From Nodularia sphaerocarpa UHCC 0038 (lineage in GTDB: Bacteria > Cyanobacteriota > Cyanobacteriia > Cyanobacteriales > Nostocaceae): a stretch of DNA of 32,000 nt. A program made the translations under genes and the position numbers. The stretch lies in assembly GCF_022376295.1 (NCBI RefSeq), contig NZ_CP060140.1:13730-45729 (forward strand), given 5' to 3'. The notes under the pieces were generated by a model, which saw only the letters and a list, made by a program, of their open reading frames with translations, did not search any database and was not told the DNA's origin. Positions 17,718 through 25,231 of this stretch are shown here, in pieces. Each line of letters begins with the position of its first letter. Position 1 is the first letter of the stretch.

Positions 17718-18101
17718 CTATTGCATAGGAGAAAAATGCTGTTTGATTACGTCTAGCGGTGAACAATGCCAATAATCGATGTGGGAAATAATCAAACTAG
17801 CAGAGTTAAGACTTAATTCACTCCACCCGGAGATAGATATGCGGGGTTTCCAAGGGACGGGTGTATTCCAGCTAAGTGTCCACTCTGTTTTTATGGTGTC
17901 CCCTAAATGTTGGATATCATGTACGTCCATCTGGGGATTAATAAACCATGTCTGGATGAATTTAATCATCTGCTGGTAGCGTTTAATTCCCCGAAATTTA
18001 GTTAATGGATCTTGAAAATAAACGTCTTCGGCGTAAATGCTGTATGTTTGATTGGCGGGAAATCTTTGATAGTCTTCTTTGAGGATTTCAATGATATCCA
18101 T
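17718..18101 (-). CDS. Conserved hypothetical protein, NTF2/SnoaL-like (resembles the cyanobacteria/plant DUF2358 family)
   Basis: 127-aa ORF with an ATG start. The pattern YAEDVYFQDPLTKFRGIKRY is, from memory, typical of that family. No antisense ORF of comparable quality. Confidence 0.55.
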   Translation of the reverse strand: MDIIEILKEDYQRFPANQTYSIYAEDVYFQDPLTKFRGIKRYQQMIKFIQTWFINPQMDVHDIQHLGDTIKTEWTLSWNTPVPWKPRISISGWSELSLNSASLIISHIDYWHCSPLDVIKQHFSPMQ

Positions 18102-18165
18102 ATATCTCTAAATATGTTTGTGGTCAGATATTAAAAAGCACAAATAAATTGGGATTTTATGCCAG

Positions 18166-18756
18166 TTAAATCTCTATTTCGTTCCATAAGCGTTCTAATT
18201 GACGCTGCCAAGCTGTTAATACTTGTTCTCTGGCTTCTGCGGTTTGGTCAATTTCACCTAACAATCCTTCTGCATAAAAACGGTCTAGATTTTGCATGGT
18301 TGCTGCAAGGGATTGTCCTTGCTGTTTGGCTGTTTGGATAATTTGCCGGATGCGACTTTCAATCAGACGATTGAAGACGTTATCTAAGCCTGCTTCGGAT
18401 AAAGATACTAGTCGGGCGATCGCACTCGCAAAGTCTGCGCTAACTAAAGTCTCACTATTGTGTTGATACACTGCCCAAATTACACCATCAAACAACGCAT
18501 AGCGGATTTCTTGCGTTTCATCAAAGTTGGCTTCTAAAAACTGTGCTAAAAATGGTTGGGCTTCGAGTATGGGGACAATGGGCAGTAGTATTCGTAACCA
18601 AGTGTTATCTTCGGAAAGCAGTACCAACAGCCGAAAACTAGCGCTGTCTATTTGCCACGATCCAGGGGCGATCGCTTTAATTTCTGCTGGATCAAATAAT
18701 TTTGCTAGCGTACCCGCAATTTCTTCTAATATCATAATCTGTTCTGAGCTTCTCAT
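18166..18756 (-). CDS. Conserved hypothetical protein (function unknown; helical C-terminal half)
   Basis: 196-aa ORF with an ATG start, 64 nt upstream of the previous gene on the same strand. The composition looks coding and it contains a HIP1 site. I recognise no catalytic motif. Confidence 0.6.
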   Translation of the reverse strand: MRSSEQIMILEEIAGTLAKLFDPAEIKAIAPGSWQIDSASFRLLVLLSEDNTWLRILLPIVPILEAQPFLAQFLEANFDETQEIRYALFDGVIWAVYQHNSETLVSADFASAIARLVSLSEAGLDNVFNRLIESRIRQIIQTAKQQGQSLAATMQNLDRFYAEGLLGEIDQTAEAREQVLTAWQRQLERLWNEIEI

Positions 18757-19076
18757 CTCTAGGGTAACGCGTTGGGGTTGTTTACCGCCTGCTCCCTGCT
18801 CCCCTGCTTCTTTTGACAGGTAGCGATGGGCGATCGCACAGAGGACATCCCAGAAACTAACAAATCAAGAAATATCCCATCATTTTACATAAGCATGACC
18901 AGAAAAATCTGGCGATTAATTTCAGACAAAAAACCTGATTATATGTCTATTTTAAAATCTTGATGCACTTGATTTTTGGGAAAATTACCACTAAAACTAG
19001 CAGTAACAGTTCAGCAAAACATAGCTTAATTGTTTACATAGTTCATCAACGCGCAGCATATCGAGGAGCTAATAAT

Positions 19077-19334
19077 ATGGCAACTATCAATCTTTACGAA
19101 CTAAAGGCTACTGGTTCTGAATTGTTTCAAGATTCTGAAAGCTTTCTCAATGAATTAAACGATGTAGATTTTATCGGCGGTGGAGATAGTTCTGCTCATA
19201 GTGAATCTGGCGCTGCTTCCTACAATCCTGTTAGCGATCTTTCAATACTTACTAAGCTGGCTGAGGCATTTGTCGCCACTTATGCAATTGGTCATATTAC
19301 TGTGCTAGCTAAGTCAGTCAGTTATGGACACTAA
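19077..19334 (+). CDS. Small secreted-peptide precursor with double-glycine-type leader (bacteriocin-like)
   Basis: This is the ATG at codon 40 of ORF 18960..19334, with GAGGAG 9 nt upstream. The product is 85 aa. The leader is MATINLYELKATGSELFQDSESFLNELNDVDFIGGG, with acidic -8, hydrophobic -7 and Ile -4 relative to the GG. The core is 49 aa, Cys-free, with an amphipathic C-terminal segment. Confidence 0.6.
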   Translation: MATINLYELKATGSELFQDSESFLNELNDVDFIGGGDSSAHSESGAASYNPVSDLSILTKLAEAFVATYAIGHITVLAKSVSYGH

Positions 19335-19387
19335 TGGCTTCTAAGAAGTTCAGGTAAGCATAGCAAATCTCCATAATTTCTGAACAG

Positions 19388-19423
19388 CAAAATTCCCGAT
19401 TTCTTAAGAAGTCGGGAATTTTA
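19388..19423 (+). terminator. Rho-independent terminator (potentially bidirectional)
   Basis: AATTCCCGATTTCTT (19391-19405) pairs with AAGAAGTCGGGAATT (19406-19420), giving a 15-bp stem with one G-U pair. It is flanked by AAA on the left and TTT on the right and lies 54 nt after the peptide stop. Confidence 0.75.
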
Positions 19424-19545
19424 AATAATTACATAACAAGGAATTATATTGCTCAAAAATTAATTGACATACTAATAGTGAGAGACAAACCTAATTGGGG
19501 AATACTTAATTACAGGTGTTTTCAGGTAAATAGACCACGCGGTAG

Positions 19546-19565
19546 GGGCGCAAGGCCTTGCGCCC
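19546..19565. repeat. 20-nt perfect palindrome GGGCGCAAGGCCTTGCGCCC
   Basis: Read directly from the sequence. It lies 10 nt upstream of the dprA ATG. This sequence type is common in Nostocales intergenic DNA. Confidence 0.8.
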
Positions 19566-19574
19566 TGACGACAG

Positions 19575-20744
19575 ATGGGGTTCAAATACATGAGAATTGA
19601 TGTAAGTAGGTGTGAGGATGACATCGTGGGAGAAGAAAGAGCATATTGGCTAGCTTGGACGCGAATTTCTGGGGTGGGGCCAGTGTTACTGCGACGGTTA
19701 CACCAGCATTTTGGGACACTAGCCACAGCTTGGAATGCTACCAAAGCCCAGTTAGGAGAAGTTCCAGGTTTTGGGTTTCAGACATTAGAGAAAGTAGTTG
19801 AACAGCGATCGCGTTTGCATCCAGAACAATTACTGAGCCAACACCAGCAAGAAAACCCCCATTTCTGGACACCAGCCGACGCAGATTATCCCCGCTTGTT
19901 GCTGGAAACCCCCAGTCCACCGCCAATATTGTACTATCGCGGTGAAGTTGATCTGGTAGAAAATCTGGGACAAAAACCCCTGGTGGGGATTGTCGGGACA
20001 CGCAAACCTTCAGAATATGGTCTTCGTTGGACGCGCCAGATTAGCACAGCTTTGGCTAAAAATGGCTTTACAGTTGTATCTGGGATGGCGGAGGGAATCG
20101 ATACAGAAAGCCATCTAGCCACGATGAAAGCTGGGGGAAGGACAATCGCAGTTTTAGGGACTGGTGTAGATGTAATTTATCCCCACAAAAATCGTGATCT
20201 ATATAAACAGATTTTGAGTCAAGGCTTAGTCGTGAGTGAATATCCCGCCAGAACTCCACCGGATCGCACGCACTTTCCCCGCCGTAATCGGATCATTGCA
20301 GGTTTAAGCCGTGCGGTTTTGGTCATGGAAGCGCCTGTGAAGTCTGGGGCGTTAATTACGGCTGCTTATGCGAATGAATTTGGCAGAGATGTTTATGCTT
20401 TACCTGGAAAAATAGATGATTATCCATCTCAAGGATGTTTAAAATTACTCAATCAAGGTGCTTCTTTGATTCTCAAGGAACTGGACGAACTGCTAAAAAT
20501 GCTGGGAGCCATCCCAAAAATTGATACAATCGACACATTGCCAATTCCAGAACAGTTAAATTTGCCGGATTTATCACCAGAATTGCAACAAGTCATGAAT
20601 GCAATTAACTGTGATATTTTGCCCTTTGATTATCTAGTGCAAAAAACAGGTATGAATACTGGCTCAGTTTCTAGTGCATTATTACAGTTGGAACTTATGG
20701 GTTTAGTTTCGCAACTTCCCGGAATGCGATATCAGAAGTCTTAA
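19575..20744 (+). CDS. dprA: DNA-processing protein DprA (Smf)
   Basis: 389-aa ORF. The Rossmann-like core is IVGTRKPSEYGLRWT...VVSGMAEGIDTESH...TIAVLGTGVDVIYPHKNR...SEYPARTPPDRTHFPRRNRIIAGLS...VMEAPVKSGALITA. A C-terminal winged-helix-like tail is present. The start could instead be ATG 19590. Confidence 0.9.
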   Translation: MGFKYMRIDVSRCEDDIVGEERAYWLAWTRISGVGPVLLRRLHQHFGTLATAWNATKAQLGEVPGFGFQTLEKVVEQRSRLHPEQLLSQHQQENPHFWTPADADYPRLLLETPSPPPILYYRGEVDLVENLGQKPLVGIVGTRKPSEYGLRWTRQISTALAKNGFTVVSGMAEGIDTESHLATMKAGGRTIAVLGTGVDVIYPHKNRDLYKQILSQGLVVSEYPARTPPDRTHFPRRNRIIAGLSRAVLVMEAPVKSGALITAAYANEFGRDVYALPGKIDDYPSQGCLKLLNQGASLILKELDELLKMLGAIPKIDTIDTLPIPEQLNLPDLSPELQQVMNAINCDILPFDYLVQKTGMNTGSVSSALLQLELMGLVSQLPGMRYQKS

Positions 20745-20784
20745 ATAGAGGCGTTGCTGAATTCCTGAATTTACCCCCCTTAAT

Positions 20785-20934
20785 CCCCCCTTGGAAAGGG
20801 GGGAAATCCGGTTCTCCCCCTTTCCCTACGCCGAAGGCGCATCCCCGAAGGGGTTTAGGGGGAGTTAGAGGGGGTCAGAAGACTTGTGTGTACATAGTGG
20901 TTCCCCGCAGGCGGGGAGGGGATAAGGGGTGGGG
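20785..20934. repeat. Cluster of G/C-run hairpins (small dispersed repeat-like) ending in a G4 motif
   Basis: Hairpins: CCCCCC-TTGGAAA-GGGGGG (20785-20803), CCCC-GAA-GGGG (20843-20853), CCCCGC-AG-GCGGGG (20903-20916). A G-run motif GGGGAGGGGATAAGGGGTGGGG lies at 20913-20934. Confidence 0.7.
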
Positions 20935-20980
20935 TGCAATGACTGTGGGAATCATAACTAAATTATGCGGAGATGATATA

Positions 20981-21079
20981 AAACCCTTACAAATGACAAA
21001 TGACAAATGACCAATGACCAATGACAAATGACCAATGACGACCCTAGCTAGTTAACTTTATTTAAGCCGACCTACTTAA
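20981..21079 (+). repeat. Dispersed repeat, copy B, with internal heptamer array (AATGAC[A/C/G])x7, STRR2-like (TGACCAA = complement of TTGGTCA)
   Basis: It has the same flanks as 5039..5102. The heptamer array spans 20992-21040. The element ends 7 nt from the stop codon of the - strand gene at 21086. Confidence 0.85.
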
Positions 21080-21085
21080 TTAAAC

Positions 21086-22594
21086 TTATCTGGAGGGGAA
21101 AGTTTGTGGAGGCGAAAATGGGACTGGAGTAGCATTTGGCGGCATAGTGTTACCCATATTAGGAGGTACTGGGGCATTCATCAGGGGATTGGGTGCAATA
21201 TTCTGGCTAAATTGTTGATAAGCAGCGCTAGAAATAGCGCTAATCAGTTTTTCGGCTACCGGGTCATTATTAGGGCGTTGTACCATCACAGCAGCGATGT
21301 AGCGCTTACCAGTGGGGATATCAATTAAACCCACATCACCCAGCATGGTGGCAATATCACCTGTTTTATGGTGTATTCTTGCACCAGTACCTAAACCAGA
21401 AGGTAGCAGATGATTTCGCTCTGTACGTCGCATAATATCAAGGATCATATCCCGCGATCGCATACTCACTAAATTGCCCTGATTGACCATAGCCAGCAAA
21501 CTGCCCAACTCTCTGGGGCTGGTGGTATTTGTTCCGGCTAAATCGGGTAGGGGATTACGAATTGCTGTAGCTGACAATCCCCAGGTTTGAAAACGCTGAT
21601 TCAGCGCCTCCATACCTCCTAGTCGAGCAATCACCATATTAGTGGCTGTGTTATCGCTGCTTGTACTCATGAGAGTAGCGAGTTCCAGAGCGCTGTACTG
21701 GGTTCCCACTTTTTGGTATTGCAGATTTCCCGAACCACCAGCCACCATATCTTTTTCCATCGTCAGCATTTCATCCAAGCGGACTTTGCCGGCATCCACA
21801 TCTTGGAAAAAAGCGATCAAAATCGGCACTTTGATGGTACTAGCCGCAGAGAAACTGGCGGCGCTATTCACATCTACGTAGCCACCAGTCTCTAAATCCA
21901 CAAAGAAAACGCCTGGTGTCAGATTCGGGTTTGCAGTTGCCAAATTTTGGACGGCATTTTTTAAAGAAGTAATTTCCTGAGATAAGTATAAGCCCGCAGC
22001 AGGATTGGCGGTAAGTTGTGGCTGATTGGTTCCCACATTTCCAGATGATGCCGCAGAATTACTGGGCATCCGAGTCGCAGGGTCTAAGACTGATAAGATC
22101 GTACCCACAATCGCACCAATACCGACTCCCACAATCAACAAGCGTAGAGCATATAACATGGTTCTGGCCATTGGCTTTAACCGCGTTTTACGCGATGCTC
22201 TTCTGCCCATTTTGGGCATTGCTGGCTTCTGTACCCGCACAGTCTTGTAGTTGACTGTGTGGGGATTCAAAGCTGGTGTCATCCCATTCATATACCCAAT
22301 GGGTTTCACGGCTGCTGGCATGACTAGCCCTGGTTTTGACCTCCTGACCCCTGTAGCAGTGGGAGGAGGCAGCATATTATGATTAACCCGCGTTAAAGCG
22401 ACTTGTTTTTTGGGAGGACGCGGCTGCTGTAGTGGTACTTTGACTTTTTTCTTGCCCACTTTTTCGCCTTGATTCTGAGGCGGGCGGCGATTTGTGGGTT
22501 GTCGCCGCGAGAAATTTCTGCGTTTGTCACTTGACTCTGACACTGTTACTCCTTGTGACCCACTCGAATGTTTTCCAGCAGACTCCCGACCCAC
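21086..22594 (-). CDS. Membrane-anchored serine hydrolase, class A beta-lactamase / penicillin-binding fold
   Basis: 502-aa ORF with a GTG start. The start is uncertain; internal Mets such as MGRRASRKTRLKP are alternatives. It has one TM segment (LLIVGVGIGAIVGTILSVL). The catalytic triad of motifs is STIK (SxxK), SDN and KTG (HKTGD). The N-terminal ~140 aa are basic and Pro-rich, and the C-terminal tail is Pro/Asn-rich. Confidence 0.8.
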   Translation of the reverse strand: MGRESAGKHSSGSQGVTVSESSDKRRNFSRRQPTNRRPPQNQGEKVGKKKVKVPLQQPRPPKKQVALTRVNHNMLPPPTATGVRRSKPGLVMPAAVKPIGYMNGMTPALNPHTVNYKTVRVQKPAMPKMGRRASRKTRLKPMARTMLYALRLLIVGVGIGAIVGTILSVLDPATRMPSNSAASSGNVGTNQPQLTANPAAGLYLSQEITSLKNAVQNLATANPNLTPGVFFVDLETGGYVDVNSAASFSAASTIKVPILIAFFQDVDAGKVRLDEMLTMEKDMVAGGSGNLQYQKVGTQYSALELATLMSTSSDNTATNMVIARLGGMEALNQRFQTWGLSATAIRNPLPDLAGTNTTSPRELGSLLAMVNQGNLVSMRSRDMILDIMRRTERNHLLPSGLGTGARIHHKTGDIATMLGDVGLIDIPTGKRYIAAVMVQRPNNDPVAEKLISAISSAAYQQFSQNIAPNPLMNAPVPPNMGNTMPPNATPVPFSPPQTFPSR

Positions 22595-22707
22595 AACTCA
22601 CTTCTGAAGCAGCTAGATGCGGAAATCACTCAGTAGCCTTTTGTGTTTAGTTTAAGTCATATTAACTGTTTTTGGGAAAGTTAATTCTAGACATATTCAA
22701 GGATGAA

Positions 22708-23442
22708 TCACAAGTTTTTATCTTGGCTTTTCAGCGCCCATTCTATTTGTCGCAAAATTCCTAGCAGCATAGCTACTTCCTTTGTTTGCAGGTGAGCGCG
22801 ATTATACAATTGCCGGAATTTGGCCATGCGAGTCAGGGCTGTATGTGGATACAAATAACCAATATCTAATAGTAGAGATTCTAATTCCTGGTAGTAGATT
22901 TCCACAAGATCCAAAGATGCCAGTTCAGTTTGGCTGGGGGGTGGTGTTGTCGGTGGTGCTGTATATTGTGCTAGTTCATGACAGCAGATAGCCACGGCTG
23001 AAGCTAAATTCAGAGCTGAATAATTGTCACTTGTGGGTATGCGAACAAATCGCTGGGCATAATTTAATTCTTCATTACTTAAACCCCGGTCTTCTCTGCC
23101 AAATATCAGGGCTGCGGGTGACTCTGGTAACTCTAGTAACCAAGGTAGGGCGGTGCGGGGATTTTCTAAGGGTGTTTCCCAATCACGCACACGAGCTGTG
23201 GTGGCGATCGCTCGCACACATCCCTGCAATGCTTCTGGTAATGTTGTCACCAATACCGCAGATTCTAAAATCTCTTTCGCATGAACTGCCATTTTTAAAG
23301 CTTCTTCCCCTACTGGATCGCATTGGGGATTGACTAATACTAAATTATGTAAACCAAAATTTTTCATCACCCTAGCGATTGATCCGACATTCATCGGGCC
23401 AGCCGGTTCTACCAGCACAATTCTTAACCCAGCCAAACCCAT
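22708..23442 (-). CDS. SPOUT-class RNA 2'-O-methyltransferase (TrmH/SpoU family, TrmJ/LasT-like)
   Basis: ORF 22708..23487 begins at GTG. I prefer ATG 23442, preceded by GGGAGGA (6-nt spacer), giving MGLAGLRIVLVEPAGPMNVGSIARVMKNFG. Later motifs: ALIFGREDRGLSNEEL and IPTSDNYSALNLASAVAI. Confidence 0.8.
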   Translation of the reverse strand: MGLAGLRIVLVEPAGPMNVGSIARVMKNFGLHNLVLVNPQCDPVGEEALKMAVHAKEILESAVLVTTLPEALQGCVRAIATTARVRDWETPLENPRTALPWLLELPESPAALIFGREDRGLSNEELNYAQRFVRIPTSDNYSALNLASAVAICCHELAQYTAPPTTPPPSQTELASLDLVEIYYQELESLLLDIGYLYPHTALTRMAKFRQLYNRAHLQTKEVAMLLGILRQIEWALKSQDKNL

Positions 23443-23627
23443 TTTTTTCCTCCCTCTGATCGCTGGCGCTGACTTGTCAGTTCGCACCGGTAAATACTTT
23501 ATGCTAATGGAAGTGGCATCAGTACTTCTTCCCCAAAGTTAGCAGATGCCATACTAGCATGGCAATCTGCCAGCAATTTTACCAGAGCCGAAATGCTGTG
23601 TAACATCATAAAAGAGGTAAAGTTCCG

Positions 23628-23954
23628 GTGTTGAAGACACTTTTAGTAATTACCGTTGGTTTGTTACCGTCGTTGTTTTCCCTGTGGGTAATCCGTAAAA
23701 CCCATTCGCGGACACGCCTGGGTATGAGACGAGCCGCTACTAATTTTGCAGGGAGACGCATCCGAAATCACATCAGACCGACTGAAGGCGATCGCTATTA
23801 TTTAGAAGGTGTCGGTTATCTCATTGGCGATATCAGTTGCCAATTTAATGCTCGCTCTGGCTATATGCGCTGTGCTGTTAACCCCAGTGGTCCCTGTCAG
23901 GGTTGCCGTCACTATGAACCAAGACCATTGGCTGCTAGTGATCCGCTATTATAA
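23628..23954 (+). CDS. Small membrane-anchored protein with C-terminal Cys4 motif (conserved hypothetical)
   Basis: 108-aa ORF with a GTG start. It has an N-terminal hydrophobic helix LLVITVGLLPSLFSLWVI, a basic linker, and then C-x10-C-x7-C-x2-C (CQFNARSGYMRCAVNPSGPCQGC). Confidence 0.55.
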   Translation: MLKTLLVITVGLLPSLFSLWVIRKTHSRTRLGMRRAATNFAGRRIRNHIRPTEGDRYYLEGVGYLIGDISCQFNARSGYMRCAVNPSGPCQGCRHYEPRPLAASDPLL

Positions 23955-24321
23955 CAGCAGGTGAGGCTGAGGTTTTGTATAATTTAATTTATGACAAAAT
24001 ACTTTTAACAGTTTCGGCGCAATTCCCCATCCCTCTATAGGGTGGGGTAGTTCACCTGCACATAGTGCCACAACCATCTTCCCAAAACATTTGGGATATT
24101 TTATTATTTATAATTACTTTATTTGAGTTTGATTTGAATAACCTTTTCTTAACCTTAATGATTTATTTAATTATAAATTATCAGATTTTTTCACGGAATT
24201 ATCTGAACAATAATTAACGGATTTAAGTAATTTTACCGTAGATGTTAGCTAGGAAAAAATAATATGATAAAATGTCTTATAATTCATGCCCAAAACAAAA
24301 TTATGACAAGTAGTAATTTTT

Positions 24322-25212
24322 ATGAGAAGGCGGAAATTATTTATTAACTTTCTTCTCTTAATTGGCGGTTGTACATCAGGAATTAGTCGGAAAAATAATA
24401 ATTATAATAAATCCTTAAAATCGAGATCAAAAGTCATAAAATTTGCCGTAGCAGATGCTACGGGACTTGAAGAGTTACAGCGCAACTATGGAGCTTTCTG
24501 CACTACCTTAGAAGCAGTATTGGGCATAGCAATTGAATTTTTTCCGGTAGAAAATCGCACAGCAGCAGCACCTGCATTGCAATCCGGTCAGGTAGATATT
24601 GTCTTAGCAGGACCATCAGAATACGTGATTTTCAATTCTCGCGCTCAGGCTATTCCGATTGTTGCTATCCAACGCCTTGACTATTATCCGATAATTGTTG
24701 TCCGTGCCGATAGCAAAATTAAATCCTTAGCTCAACTGAAAGGTAAAAAAATTGCTATGCGAACAACTGGTTCGACTTCTGGACATTTGGCTCCGATAAA
24801 AATGCTGCTAGATGCTGGCTTAAATAGCAAAACTGATATAGAAATTCTGATGTTAGGTAATCAAGGAGTGAAAGCTTTAAACAAAGGTGAGGTAGATGCT
24901 TGGACAATTGCATCCGATAGATACAAAATAATCTTAGAATCTGAAGGTTTATCTGAGAAAGATTTTTCTGTAATCGCTAAAGGAACGCTGCTTCCTGGTG
25001 ATGTGTTCGTGATCAATAACCAGTGGGAATCTAATATCATAGAAGATGTGCGATCGCGGATGCTGGAAAATCAAGATAAACTACTTAAAAGTTTGCTAGT
25101 TGCTACAGTAAACCAACCTTACGAAGGATCTAAAATGATTCCAGCCAATGATGCTGACTACAACATAATTCGGGAAGTTTATCAAAAAATTGGACAGGGC
25201 AGTTTTCTCTAA
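24322..25212 (+). CDS. PhnD-family (phosphonate/phosphite-type) periplasmic substrate-binding lipoprotein
   Basis: 296-aa ORF. It has a lipobox LLLIGGC after a basic N-terminus. Family patterns: QSGQVDIVLAGPSEY, KGKKIAMRTTGSTSGHLAP, GEVDAW. No permease or ATPase gene is adjacent. Confidence 0.75.
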   Translation: MRRRKLFINFLLLIGGCTSGISRKNNNYNKSLKSRSKVIKFAVADATGLEELQRNYGAFCTTLEAVLGIAIEFFPVENRTAAAPALQSGQVDIVLAGPSEYVIFNSRAQAIPIVAIQRLDYYPIIVVRADSKIKSLAQLKGKKIAMRTTGSTSGHLAPIKMLLDAGLNSKTDIEILMLGNQGVKALNKGEVDAWTIASDRYKIILESEGLSEKDFSVIAKGTLLPGDVFVINNQWESNIIEDVRSRMLENQDKLLKSLLVATVNQPYEGSKMIPANDADYNIIREVYQKIGQGSFL

Positions 25213-25231
25213 TAATGTTAAATCTAAATGA

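Noticed and set aside
18960-19076. 39-codon N-terminal extension of the peptide ORF (MMHLIFGKITTKTSS...).
   Set aside because: It begins at a TTG with no ribosome-binding site. The internal ATG 19077 has GAGGAG at ideal spacing and yields a canonical leader-peptide N-terminus.
19571-19590. GGGGTTCAAATAC resembling a tRNA T-arm. AGGTTCAAATC near 7930 was also considered.
   Set aside because: There are no complementary T-stem halves, acceptor stem or anticodon arm in the flanks. I could not build a cloverleaf.
19472-19744. 90-aa - strand ORF overlapping the dprA start.
   Set aside because: It overlaps the well-supported dprA N-terminus and runs through the 20-nt palindrome. Its translation is Cys/Ser/Pro-rich with no motifs.
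23330-23542. 70-aa + strand ORF across the methyltransferase start region.
   Set aside because: It is antisense to the strongly supported SPOUT N-terminus and its ribosome-binding site. No motif is present.
23955-24321. Very AT-rich 370-bp region upstream of the binding-protein gene, examined for a riboswitch, small RNA or repeat structure.
   Set aside because: I found only an imperfect hairpin (24025-24047), an 8-nt long-range inverted repeat (GCAGGTGA 23958-23965 with TCACCTGC 24051-24058) and one solo TIR-like 12-mer. I could not recognise a conserved RNA motif by eye. It is probably just a promoter region.
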